Source: Macrostomum lignano (taxonomy: Eukaryota). From it: 64,000 bases of DNA. The position numbers and the translations under genes are program-made. Position 1 is the stretch's first letter. Each line of letters starts with the position of its first letter. Positions 49,441 to 61,767 of this stretch are shown one piece after another. The notes beneath the pieces are model-generated. The model searched no databases. It was not told where the DNA came from and saw only the letters and a program-made list of their open reading frames with translations. The DNA is taken from the NCBI GenBank assembly GCA_002269645.1, contig NIVC01000068.1, positions 62,001 through 126,000 on the forward strand, read 5' to 3'.

Positions 49441-50680
49441 AATAATAATAATAATATAATAATATCACGCCCGCGCCGACCACACAAGTGACCAAAAAAG
49501 GGTTGCGTCAAATCGCGCGCTTCAGGACAAGGTCTCTGACGTGCTTCACGCCGGCTGACTGGCTGGGGGCTCGCGCATCATCGATAAGACGGTCGATGCT
49601 CTTCCCTATCCGCGCCTGCGGGTCCCTGCGGAGTCCTGCAGTGGCTCTAGGCAGTAGGCTTCGGCCCCTATGATATGCCCGGCAAGCCGCAGACGTCGCT
49701 TGCTAAGCAGGACAGAAGGCCGCATCAGGAAGTCTGTCGTCTTGCTGCCGGGGCCGCGGCGGGCGCTGAAGCGGCACGAACCAGCTGCCTCTCGAACGCC
49801 TCGGTCAGCGTCTAGGTTTCAGCATTGTACAGGAGGGCGGTCTCGAAAACAGCCTGGAACAGCTGGGACCTGGCGCTGTCCGACAGGGCCTCCGAGAGCA
49901 GCACCGCCCGAACAGATCGGAAGGCGGCCGAAGCCTTGCCGCGCCGTCTCGCCAGGTCGTCACTCACGCCCGGCAGCAGCCCGCCGAGGTAAAGGAACTG
50001 ACGACACTTCGGAAGCACCGTCACAGGGCCATCGCCGTCTCTGAGTCGAATCTCGGCGGGTGGATCGTGAGGCACCGTCAGCACCTCGGTCTTTTTGGCG
50101 TTGATGACTAGGCCGACCCTCGCAGCTCCGCAGTCAGGCCATCCAGCAGCCGTTGGGCGCCTTCTTCTCCGGGTGTCGCTGACTGGAGCGCCTTTGCAGT
50201 AGAAAGCTGTCCTCTGCGGTCGGCAGGCCGGTCCTGAGCACCCAGTCCGTCAGCAAAACAAAGAGGAAAGGCGCCAGAGTGTCACCCTGCAGCACTCCGG
50301 AGGTCGTGCTGAACAGGACCGACGGTCCGTCTGGCGTCGCTACCGCAACGGTGGTGTCCTGGTACAGCGCCATGATGGCGGAGATCAGTTGCTGCTGTAC
50401 GTTGTAGGCACGGAGCACGCGAGGCAGCTCACCGTGGGCCACCGAGTCGAAAGCCTTGAAGAAGTCAACAAAGATGACAACTAGGCTTGACTGGTGGATG
50501 TGCGCTTCCTCGATGATGCAGCGGAGGGCCAGGATCTGCGTCACTGTGCCACGACGGGGCCGGAACCCGTTCTGCTCGTACCGCAGGTATGGGTCCAGCA
50601 CAGGCTGTAACCATGCTAACAGCACCCGGTTGAACAGCTTCGCAGCACAGGACATCAGCGAAATCCCGCGATGCTTCATT
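49441..50680 (-). mobile_element. 5'-truncated RTE-type LINE (RT + C-terminal region) with (TAT)n tail
   Basis: HRGISLMSCAAKLFN, EQNGFRPRRGT, FVDFFKAFDSV, GVLQGDTLAPFLF, deletion across the YADD region, FLYLGG, LLYNAET; tail AATAATAAT on plus strand at 49441-49465. Confidence 0.9.
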
Positions 50681-52408
50681 CACAGCTCTTCTGTATAAGT
50701 ACAGAGACGGAGTACGGAGAGTGAGACATCGTGAGAGGCTACTTAAAAGCTTCTTCTTTACCGTAGCTGTCATGGCCGTGGGCGCACCCATTCATGCAAC
50801 AGCTTCCGCCACCACTGCCCGTCTTCGCTGCTCTCCTTAGCCTCTCCATTTTCCATCCGGTCCATTCTGAGGTCATCCTCTCACTGCATTTTCGGCCTTC
50901 CTTTTCTTTTTTCGCCTTCTAGTTGTCCTTGCAGTCTGATGTCTGCATGATGATCTCCTCCACAGATTCTGGTTCCTTTCCCAAAACCTCCCTAGCTTTT
51001 CTCTATAAGAGTTAGAAATCTGAAGTTTTGACCCTAAGTTAGAAAATAGGTAGAAATTAATGAAATGCCCAGGCGCAGTGAAGGGCGAGGCAGAAGAGCA
51101 CAATGGAACCCCTAGATAGCTATTAGAAGGGCAAACAGAAGCAGCTTTAAGATAATTAATCAACTGTCAAGTCAATTTGAATAGCCGAATCTAATAAAGC
51201 CCCTTTCCATTCCAGTCAGTAGCGACACCCCACCGCAGGAACAATGGCGACTAAACCGGCCGGGAAAAGCAAACTGAGCAGCGGCCTGACCTAGAGAACA
51301 ACGCGGCACGCGGCACCTTCTGGCGCACCCTGAGGGAGAAAACGTGAGGCCCACCTACAGACTCCTATTCAACCCGAAGCGGCCCAAGAAGGCGAGATCA
51401 ACCCCAAGCTGCCTGACAACCGAGAGAAACAGAGGACTGTTTAATCATCAATGGACAGAGTTTAGAGACGGAAAATTAAGCTCTTTTTCTATAATCTTTC
51501 TATCCCAAATTTTATCCAACTCAACAAATAGATTTGCGAAACCCAGAGTAATCTCTAACCCTCACACTTAGCAACCTACTAGAACTAGAACTAACTTAAT
51601 TCATGTACAACTAGGGGACTGTGTCCCAGATTGTTATTGCTCAAAACCCCCGCCGTTGCTAACCACGCGAAGACACCCCACCGGCGGGCGGGGGAGGTCA
51701 AAAATGCTAATTGGTATAAATAGACGCTCATCTCAAACTGGAGCGGCTCTTCGTTTTTTGCTGCGCAGTTTTCGATCTCGAATTGCTCCCTTTGAATTAG
51801 TCTCTGGATTACCCAGTTGGCACAAATCTAAGTCTTCAATATAATTATTTGTCTTAATTGTCGCGCAGAGCAAATCTTAGAGAGACTCAATCTCAGCTTA
51901 GTAGGAGATCCCGTCAGTTTATACGGTTTTCTCTGATGGCCTGATAGGAGAGATTAAGAGCTGTAAGAACCTTAGACCGCTAGACATCTATCTTAAGAAA
52001 GTGAGAACCCAAGCTCAAAGGCCCCAGAGAAAAACGCGTATATTCTCCAAAAACAGGCATTTGTATTTTTCTCTTTCCATGAAATCTTTTATAATTCTTC
52101 TGTAATATTTCATTTCAAAGGCTTTGAGTATCTCCACACTTTTCTTCCCCCAGAGTTCAGCTTTCGGACCCATAACAGAGTTAGTGGTAGTTTTGCTGTG
52201 CATGACTGGGTGAAAAGGAAAAAATACTCGCGCAAATGAGAGAGGCTACAATTGCGGAAGTTTGAAGTCAGTCTGTTCCATAGACAAACTTGTAGCTTCA
52301 GTTAGCAACTTACTCCGAATTAGGTTTATTGGGATTTTGTGTTCCACTAGCATTTCTATGTTGATTCGCGGCGGTAGTTTTTGCTGAGAAATTTCGAGGT
52401 TGTCAACA

Positions 52409-53918
52409 ATGCAACTGGGCACTTTTCAGCTCTATTCGGAGGCCAGCGCTGCCGACCTGCTAGCTACCGAACCGGATCTCGAGTGCCAAGTTGAGCACAC
52501 CGGCCGGCTGATCCTGCCTGACCGGCTGCTCCACCGATTGGCCGCTTGCCAGCCGCCATTTCTGTTTCGACTCTCGACCGCGTCGGCCACTGTGCACCTG
52601 GGCTATCCCGTGTTTCGCGGCTTTCGACCGCAGAAATCCGATGGCATATCAATTGGCAACGCTCTGATTGCTCCAGCATGGGCGGCAAAGCAGCTGTCCA
52701 ATGCCGGCTCGAGCTTGACAGCTGACACCCAGGATGCCTTCAACAACTGCAGGGCCGTATTGTCGATTGTCGCCCTGCCAACTGGTAGTTTTATTCGGCT
52801 GCAACCAATGCAGCCAGACGAAGTGTTCGGCTGGACCAATCCGACTGCCACTCTGAATAAAAAGCTGCGCGACTTTGCCTGCCTATCAGTTGGATGCGTG
52901 TTCAGCATTCTCTATATTGACAAGTAAGCCGCAACGTCCATTCATGGAGCTGTTTTGGGTAGTTGGTTGATATGCAGCTTGTTTAGATTGCTAGTTTAAG
53001 AATATGGCACAACTGATCAACCGCTCTAACCGGCGCTCTAACCGCTTGGCTACAACCCCCTGAGTGACCGAGAAACTAGCATAACGTCTCGATCAGTTAA
53101 TTCGTGGATTTTATGGAGAGCATTGAATTAATATATTTTGTATTGTATTCTATCTGTTTAAGCCATTAGACTAGATGTTTCGGTCTAATGAGGGAGACCT
53201 TCGTATTAGTAGATGGAGTTACAGGAAACCATACCGAGAGTCTACTTATGACAGGATCTATTTTGAACTAAACATAAACTTGTAACTGCAGCGACGACAC
53301 TGCTTAAAACGTTCCCCCCTTCTCAGAACATTTCATTTCGAGGTGAAGTCATTAAAGCCAGCCGAGGCAGTCTGCATAATCGACTGCGACATGCAACTGG
53401 AGTTCGACTTCTCGTCTAATGACCCTGCTCAAGGTGCCGGAACTAGCCAAGTCGACCGAAACCGACACGACGATGTTGTACTGAACGACGATCGACTGCT
53501 TCGTTGTGGCGTCTCCACGAAGCCAGCGGTCAGTGCGGATACAACAGACTCGGACATATCAGCCAAGATGCAGCCCACCGATCCGGCACCGAGATGCAGC
53601 GACTTGCTCAGAGACGCTCTCGGTCGGGCCAGAGAGTCCGTCAATGCCGCCTCGCGTCGCTGGGGCTCGGGTGTGGAGCTGGCCTCCGGCCAGACGGTGG
53701 GCACCTCAGCGCCGCTGCTGCCACCAGCCGAGGAGGCCAAGGCTAGAAAAGCAGACCCTGTACCAAATCTGTCGTACCTTTGGGGTAGCCTAAACTTTCT
53801 TCGACCGGTTGGCAGGGTCAGTTCAGATCAAGATGCTGCTCGATCGGCAGTGGATGCGCAGGATTCATTCGGCGCTGGTCGAGGCGTGCGGCTGAAAGAC
53901 AGCCTGACGCCAGAGTGA
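52409..53918 (+). CDS. Divergent UFD1-like (ubiquitin fusion degradation 1) protein; exons 52409-52923 and 53327-53918, 368 aa
   Basis: GRLILP, PFLFRL, TNPTATLNKKLRDFACLSVG, spliced YIDKTFHFEVKSLKPAEAVCIIDCDMQLEFD match UFD1 UT3 motifs ([52 protein letters not shown]); C-terminal SFGAGRGVRL resembles an SHP box; AA|GTAAG and TCTCAG|A junction in frame. Confidence 0.82.
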
Positions 53919-55302
53919 CCGCATCGGCGTGACGTAACAGGAAACGAACCGTAAAGCCTCGTAAAACATTGAAAAGTTGTTGACGAATTTCAAGGCGAGC
54001 TTGATTGATGATTGGCACTTTTTGCCTGCCACTGTGTCTCTCAGCTTGATGTCGTTTAAGTTTGTTTTATTTAAGAAATCTATTTTGACTCGAGTAAATC
54101 GTTTCAATTTTATATTTTTGTTCCGATGCTCAATAAAAAATTGAAAAACTTGAAAGCGACAATCATTAGATTCGGCTATAGTTTGTCTGTTTTTTTACCA
54201 ATTTGAAGGGATTTTTTTCGCCCCCATTACGGTGATGACAGTCGGGGTGATGACCGAATGCTTGAGAGACTAGCTGAGGATGTCCAGCAGTTGCGGCTTG
54301 CCCACTGCCGAGGCTTGATCAGCGAAACTCGAGAAATTTGCAACAGCGTGTCCAATAGTCATCTGGTGCCACCTGTTGAAGGTCCAGAAGCTCCACCTGG
54401 GTGTTAATTAAGCGTTGATCCTTTGATCTGTTAGAAACATTAGTTGCTTTGTTGATAAAGATTATCGGACCATAGTTACGAGTACTTTACTAAGAGTAGT
54501 GAAATACTTCACTACTGAAGTAAGCTACGATTTTGCGTTACTTTTTGTTCTCTTTCGTTACCCTCTTTTTACTTTTTTACTTTTATTGTCTACAGAGTTT
54601 CTACATGTACATGATTTTTCGCACTGTTTCCTGCATCATGTCGACAATCGTTAGGGTTTGTGTTATAACGGTTAGATAGTCAAGCATTCGGTTAGTAGTT
54701 TTCTACCAATTTTGCGCGACTAAATATATTTACGTGTACGTGATCACCTCAATAATTAACGTCCATTTAGTTTCAAAATTGTACTAATAAATTAAGCGTT
54801 TAAATTAAATTATTTATGATTTCGCTGCATTTTAAATGTAAAGCAGGTCGAGACGATTCACATTCTTTCGTTATAAGATTTTTAATAGGATCAAAAACAA
54901 GACGAATGAATTCTGGCGGATTTAACAAAATATGGTCCAAATAAATTGTTTTTGTAGGACCACCGCGCGCGGTTCGCAATTTTATTTGTGCCTTCTCTCT
55001 GATGCTGAAATTGATCATGGAATATATTTGAAACGCAACTAACGCAGGCTTTCGTCACTAGAACTCAATATTTAAATTGCAGCAGATTTTGCAGAACTCT
55101 GATATTTTTGGGAGACTTAGACTTAAAATCAAACCAACTAATTGAGGAGCGACTAAAAATGAAAGCAATTATTCAGATAATTCTATCATCAGAGCGGCAA
55201 CCTAAACTCGTTTTTCACCGTCTTTTCGCAGAAAAATTCGCACAGAACTGTTTAAACAAGAACTCCGTCAGGACTCGAAATCAGACCAGTTTTTTCTTCG
55301 TT

Positions 55303-55659
55303 TTACTTTTCCTCATCTGTGTCCTGCTCCTGTTCTTCTTGCGGTCGACGAGCCTGCGGCTGCTTCTGCTTCTGCTGCTTCGTTGGAGCAGTTTTAGAAT
55401 TCTTTTTATTCTCATCGGCACCTTCGCCTCCCATCGCATACTTCCTCAAAATGGCCCAAACCTTCTTCTTGTACTCCTCCTGGCAGTCTTGTATCTCTTT
55501 TCGCATCTGCTCGGAGTTCATGTTGATGCCCAGGCATTGGCCGTGCAGAAATGGATTGAAGTAGCATTCGTTTAGCTTCGGCGGCTGCCGGATGCAGAAC
55601 GGGTCCAGCACGGCGCTGCAGTTCGGGGTGCAGTACGGTCTGCAACAGGCCGGGTTCAT
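55303..55659 (-). CDS. Hypothetical 118-aa protein, Cys-rich N-terminus and Lys/Glu/Gln-rich tail
   Basis: GC-rich coding-like island in AT-rich flanks; ATG at 55659; no recognised family. Confidence 0.4.
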   Translation of the reverse strand: MNPACCRPYCTPNCSAVLDPFCIRQPPKLNECYFNPFLHGQCLGINMNSEQMRKEIQDCQEEYKKKVWAILRKYAMGGEGADENKKNSKTAPTKQQKQKQPQARRPQEEQEQDTDEEK

Positions 55660-56291
55660 GTTTTTTGTTGCAGCTAGCTGTGGTCTTTTGTTGCGGATGA
55701 AAATTGTTTTCTTGTCTCGTCTAGCTCTGTCGACACTTAGATTTAGAATATCCAGACACACTTTTGCCTTTATAGCCTTTAATTGAGCAAGTTTGGTCTG
55801 TTCTCAAGCTATCGCTGCATGTCTATGGTAAATGCAGCACCATGAAAATTATTGACATTTGCTCAAATATGGAGTCAGGGATCGCAACTACTGTATAAAT
55901 GCAGTAAAATTCCTCCTGGTAGTGCAGGGTAATGAAACCTGCATGTACTGTACACCTTACATTTCTACTTGGCTGGCTCGTATGAACAGAACTCTGTACA
56001 GCCATTCGACGTACATGCAATTGCTATATAGGGGACTTATTAGAGTTCAAAAATTGACCGCAGACGAATTGCCCGCCGAGATTTCTCCAACGAGATAATT
56101 GCCCGCAGGAGATTCGCCCGCAATGCTTTTTCCTGCAGTGCACTTTTCTACACAGCAGATTTGGTCTGCATTGCCTCCCCGATGCTTATAGTAAGTCTTA
56201 ATAAAAGATTTACCCGATCCAAAACGTTTCGATGGTAACTGTATATCAAATGCATATTCTACTTAAGGTATATACACACGCTCGTACAGGA

Positions 56292-57152
56292 GTACATCTG
56301 TGAGCTACATGCATGTACATCTGTGAGCTACATGCATGTACATCTGTGAGCTACATGCATGTACATCTGTGAGCTACATGCATGTACATCTGTGAGCTAC
56401 ATGCATGTACATCTGTGAGCTACATGCATGTACATCTGTGAGCTACATGCATGTACATCTGTGAGCTACATGCATGTACATCTGTGAGCTACATGCATGT
56501 ACATCTGTGAGCTACATGCATGTACATCTGTGAGCTACATGCATGTACATCTGTGAGCTACATGCATGTACATCTGTGAGCTACATGCATGTACATCTGT
56601 GAGCTACATGCATGTACATCTGTGAGCTACATGCATGTACATCTGTGAGCTACATGCATGTACATCTGTGAGCTACATGCATGTACATCTGTGAGCTACA
56701 TGCATGTACATCTGTGAGCTACATGCATGTACATCTGTGAGCTACATGCATGTACATCTGTGAGCTACATGCATGTACATCTGTGAGCTACATGCATGTA
56801 CATCTGTGAGCTACATGCATGTACATCTGTGAGCTACATGCATGTACATCTGTGAGCTACATGCATGTACATCTGTGAGCTACATGCATGTACATCTGTG
56901 AGCTACATGCATGTACATCTGTGAGCTACATGCATGTACATCTGTGAGCTACATGCATGTACATCTGTGAGCTACATGCATGTACATCTGTGAGCTACAT
57001 GCATGTACATCTGTGAGCTACATGCATGTACATCTGTGAGCTACATGCATGTACATCTGTGAGCTACATGCATGTACATCTGTAAGCTACATGCATGTAC
57101 ATCTGTGAGCTACATGCATGTACATCTGTGAGCTACATGCATGTACATCTGT
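56292..57152. repeat. 23-bp minisatellite (GTACATCTGTGAGCTACATGCAT), about 37 nearly identical copies
   Basis: Direct tandem repetition; contains the palindrome TACATGCATGTA across the unit junction. Confidence 0.97.
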
Positions 57153-57639
57153 GCTAAATGCGCTGCAAGAAAAAAGCATTGCGGGCAAATCTCGGCGGGA
57201 AAATCTCGTGCTCCCTACTTGCTATATAGTATATAGTATATAATTTAACCATACGTACTGGTCAAGCTATTAGAAACTTATCGCACTATTCATAGGGAAC
57301 AGGCAATTGGAATCAAGCTTATTGATGATTCTAATTAATATGCAAAATCGAACCAGTTTGGAATCGAGAGCTAAAGCTGTTACTTTTTTTAAACAAAAAT
57401 GACTAAAACTTTTTTATTTGTTTTTGCTAATTGAATCCGTCATCACATTTGAAAGCTGCAGCTAGTGCATGACTTTTGTCCTTGCAAAATGCACAATTTT
57501 TTTCAGTTTCAGAAATACTTTAGCTCTTATTTCTATGCGATATATTGACTTTTTTACTTACTTGACTTTGCTGCAGGGCTGTCCCGGAGGGAACACAGCA
57601 GGAAGGCGCGAACTCCCATTCCGCTAATCCCTGAACGGC

Positions 57640-58080
57640 CCGTCGCTGAATGACGCCGCCCAGGGAGGTCCCCCAGTGTCGTTATAGCAGCTATGATGCT
57701 CTCTAAAAGGGAGAGTTCAGCCCTGCGGGTGGCCCGGAGGTAGTGCATGAGCTGATTAAAATTTTCGGGTTTGCACGCTTCAGTAATTGATGTGTGCGGC
57801 CCGAGGTAAGTGAGTCTGGATCGCATATGATGGCGGGAAAGATGCTGACGAAATGTTCAACGGTTTCGTCTCCTGAGTTACATAAAAACTGCAGATGGCG
57901 TTGGTGGCGTTGCCGTGCAGGTACTGGTGCCTGGAGAAGCAGCCGTGGCTTGAGAGGGTCATGGTGGCAGCCCGGATGTCTCTACGCGAGAGGCGCAGTA
58001 GGAGCTTCCGAAACTGGTGAGAGGGCTGAGGGACAGCGCCTCTGGATTGCCTGCAGGTGTAGTGCAGTTTGCCCAGGTTG
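57640..58080 (-). mobile_element. 3' fragment of I-group non-LTR retrotransposon (C-terminal zinc-knuckle region), same family as 40065-40690
   Basis: CRQSRGAVP, RRDIRAATMTLSSHGCFSRHQYL..AICSF..ETVEHFV; shares the RRDIRA.TM.LS.HGCF motif with the 40 kb fragment. Confidence 0.72.
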
Positions 58081-58590
58081 AACGATGCGCTATATTACTT
58101 TATATAGACTTTTTTAACTACGAGAGAGTTTCCCTCAATAGTGTTCACCCATCTTTCGGTGTTAGCTAGAAAACCCCATCAATGCATGAGTTGTCATTTT
58201 TTCTCTGTTTTGGTCGAGCGGAATGTGTCATGCGTCAATATATCATTGCGACAAAAATAAAATTTATTTTGTGTGATATGCAAAGCAACATACATGTGAT
58301 GAGGACGCACTTTTTCCCAAATCCCGCGCTAGCACATGGGCTCTAAACTTACTTGCCTACTAACAGTGGGCAATGGGCATTTTAATCCTTTTTCTGCGAA
58401 TTTTCATAGAATCTATACTAGATATAATGTCTGGTCATACTAGTAGTCATAATAACATAGGCGCAGCTTTTTGGGTCATAAATCATCGCTTTCGAAGCTG
58501 GTCTGACAGCCACCTGCGCCTCACTTAGTGTTGAGGCGGGCGCCAGATGGTCTGAGAGGATGCGGGCGGTAGCTTTTTTTCTCATCAATA

Positions 58591-58894
58591 AAGGTAAATA
58601 TCAACATAAAGTATTATTTGAGTTGCCGATGCATTTCGTCCATTTGCATTAGGACATCGTCAGGGTCTTTTTATTTAAGAAACAATTTGAACGAATATTC
58701 AGTATATATAGATAGTTGAGAGTAACAAGAGTAGTTGAATTGAGTTTTTAATTGATGGTTTAAAACTTGTACATATACAAATATAAATATTCGTTCAAAT
58801 TGTTTCTTAAATAAAAAGACCCTGACGATGTCCTAATACAAATGGACGAAATGCATCGGCAACTCAAATAATACTTTATGTTGATATTTACCTT
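58591..58894. mobile_element. Foldback MITE, 304 bp, about 115-bp near-perfect inverted arms, TA flanks
   Basis: AAGGTAAATATCAACATAAAGTATTATTTGAGTTGCCGATGCATTTCGTCC... pairs with its reverse complement ending at 58894. Confidence 0.9.
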
Positions 58895-61767
58895 TATTTA
58901 TCTACTATTCATCAAGCGAGCCACTTTACCTGATTTTTTCTCATCATTTTGACAGGCCATCAAGATTTATGAGGTCAGGGCCTATTGTTCGTGTTCACTC
59001 AAGCGTGTGACAGCTTTGACAGCTATGCGTTTTACCCCTAAAAGTACCTTGGGATTAGCGATTAGCAATTTCTTTTCATTATCTTCACTTTCTATTTAAT
59101 AAGAGCTTTCTAATGTATATTTTTTCATTAATTTCTGTCAATCCTACGCGAAAAGTCATAAATCATTTTGTTGCGATTTTGATTGATTTATGGCGGCACC
59201 TGTAATCTTTTTACGACCCTGTGGGAACTGATAGGATCTCGCGGTCACGTGATTCTGGGTAGCAACAAGCTTAGCCAATCAGAAAATTCGGCGCTCACTT
59301 TAACAAAACGGCTCAGCCAATCAGAATCGACGTGTTCCATTATAACAAACTGCAGTCCAGTTGGCGGCTATTTAAACCGGAGTTTTTGGCCCGCTCGGAC
59401 GGCAACCTCCTGGGAACTTGGCCTCGCTTGAGACCTCCCGGAGCCTGACCGTCGTTTCTTGATCCCCGGATTGCGACTTCCCCCCATCATCATCAAGGAC
59501 AAGTCCCCCGGTCATCAGCAGCGAACATCAAGTGAAGAGCATCACCTGCTAGCTAACAGCGAAGATTGTGACAGCATCATCCCGAATCTACAGCTGCAGA
59601 GCATCAAGCCGATTCGGTCACTGTGGATCACCTGGTCTCCGGCTGTTGAGTTTCTGATTAGTTGGGTGAGAGGCTGCCTAGACTTGCTTGATTGGGTGAT
59701 CCCTTATCTGTCCCCTGTTTCAGTAGCTGAATTTGGCGCACACTTTTGCTCATTTTGTTCAGTAGTGCTGTTGCTGAGGCAGAAATCATTCAATAATACT
59801 GCTAGTAGTCTAAGACTCCAATTCATTCTTAAGTGTGAGGTGAACTAAGGAGAAGGTTAAATCTAACAGTTATTTTTATCGGGTTTATTTCTTTGTTCGC
59901 CGATGGCTCAGATGAGTAGCTAAGCTAGTAGGCGCCGGTCGCAGTGGACCAATGGCAAGGCAGTTCTCAGTCGACCAATCTATCAAATCAGTGAGCAAAA
60001 CTGCCAGAAGTGCAGAATCGGCGCCAGAGATGTACTCTGTGCACTCTAGGGTAGCCAAGCGGCTCGGGTAATGAATCATGCGAGGTCTCTGAAGTTCGAG
60101 TTAGTCTATCATCAGCGCTATGAGAGGCTAGTTGGCGCGTTGAAGGCCAAAAGTACATGTCTTCGTATTTAGCAATGTAATAGTACATGTAGCTACCCCA
60201 TAGACTCGCCACCGCAAGAATCCCCTGCACAAGTCCCTTCTGTACCTGCATGGCCAATGCGATCTAGTCCCAGCAGTGTCCCTTAACATCGGCTATGACT
60301 TCGAGATTGACAGCAAAAAGACACTAGTTGGCAGGTAAGTGCAAAGCCCCTTCTAGTCGGAAGCCCGATTTCGAGAGTCCCGGTGTGGTGAGCCAGGGCG
60401 CACGGGCTGGTGGCAGCAAGTTAATTGATCTGCGGATTAGCTAATTTCTACTTTCAAAATTCTCCCTGCTCGTCTCTCGCTGTCCCTCTCTTAGCTATAG
60501 GACCTAGACTGCTCGCCACACGCTCAAGCTACCATGGGGCTGACCATCTGACAGGAGTGGGGGGCCAGGTCTCTAATTGATTTATTTCTGAGCCTGAGGC
60601 CCGAAGGCTTACCTAACAAGGAGCCCGAAGGTCGAAACCCATCAAAATCATAAAAAGGTCTCAGAAATTCGGTTCAAAGATCTGTTCAAATTTTGGCAGG
60701 CGGGTTGCCACGTAAAGATGCAATGAAACTTGAACTTGATTTTTTTTAATTCTTGCATGAACGTGGTGCATGACGTTTTCCCCCATTATTGGAGTGACCT
60801 CACTCCCGTTGCGGGATTTGACTGTACCCGTAACATGTTTTTTTACTCACATGCCGCGGGATGTGCACATTAATTTTTGTTTTTTTCTGTGTTTCATGCC
60901 GCCGCGCTACCCCTACTGAAACTGCCCTATACTGAAAGTAACAAGCTCAGCTAATCGACGCATTAATTTACGGAGTCAGAAATCTCCGGTGTTTCAACGC
61001 ATTGAACCACCGCGCCGCTAACGACCGCTCCGCTACGAGTACAACTATACCCTCCCCCCGGACTTGAGAACCCGGCAGTCGGAGTAAAAGGAGAAAGATT
61101 TCCGTTGTGATTCGTCTGCGCAAATTTTTCCGGTTTTATTCGTCGAACTCAACGCCGGCGGTAATTCAAACGTGGAATTCGCCCCACCCAAGGTCCTCCG
61201 TTAGTCGTCCAAGTTTCGTTAATAACATTTTCGCGTTCGTTAAAATACCATATTGCAAAGCTCGTACTAATCGTAATTAAACAACTAATGCTAAATTGTT
61301 TCCTATTCCTGAAGTATCTTAAATACACAGAAATATATTGGCGAAACAGGCTTCTTGCCTGAGCCAACTTACTACTACTACTACTACTTTAGCTAGCCAT
61401 GTTGGGGCCTAGTTATAAGTATAAGTCAACTGGTGTCTGCAAATCTTCAAAAGCAACCGTTCCAAGAAAATCTTCTCCACCCCCACCTCAAAATTTTTGG
61501 CAACTGAACGTTGGTCTGATTACGGAACGGGACGTCATCGTCGCTGCCATTAATTGGGATTGTGATTTGTGAATTGTAATGACTGTTTTTCAGTTACAGT
61601 TCCAAATTGGCCTGGAGGGATAAATTAGCCTCGTAACTGCACTACAGAGTTGAGGAACGAAACACTTATTGTTTTTGCATGCTTTGTTATTATTTTATGT
61701 GTCCAATGTGAATATGCAGGGGGCTTGGGCGGGCCGGGCCTATAATCCTATTATCCTATATATAAGT

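Noticed and set aside
51600-52000. Solo LTR or promoter (TATAAATA at about 51715)
   Set aside because: No paired LTR, TSD or defined TG..CA termini identified
59885-60400. Possible protein-coding or Penelope-like region (ORFs 59885-60079 and 59988-60257)
   Set aside because: Short ORFs with no recognisable motif or splice support
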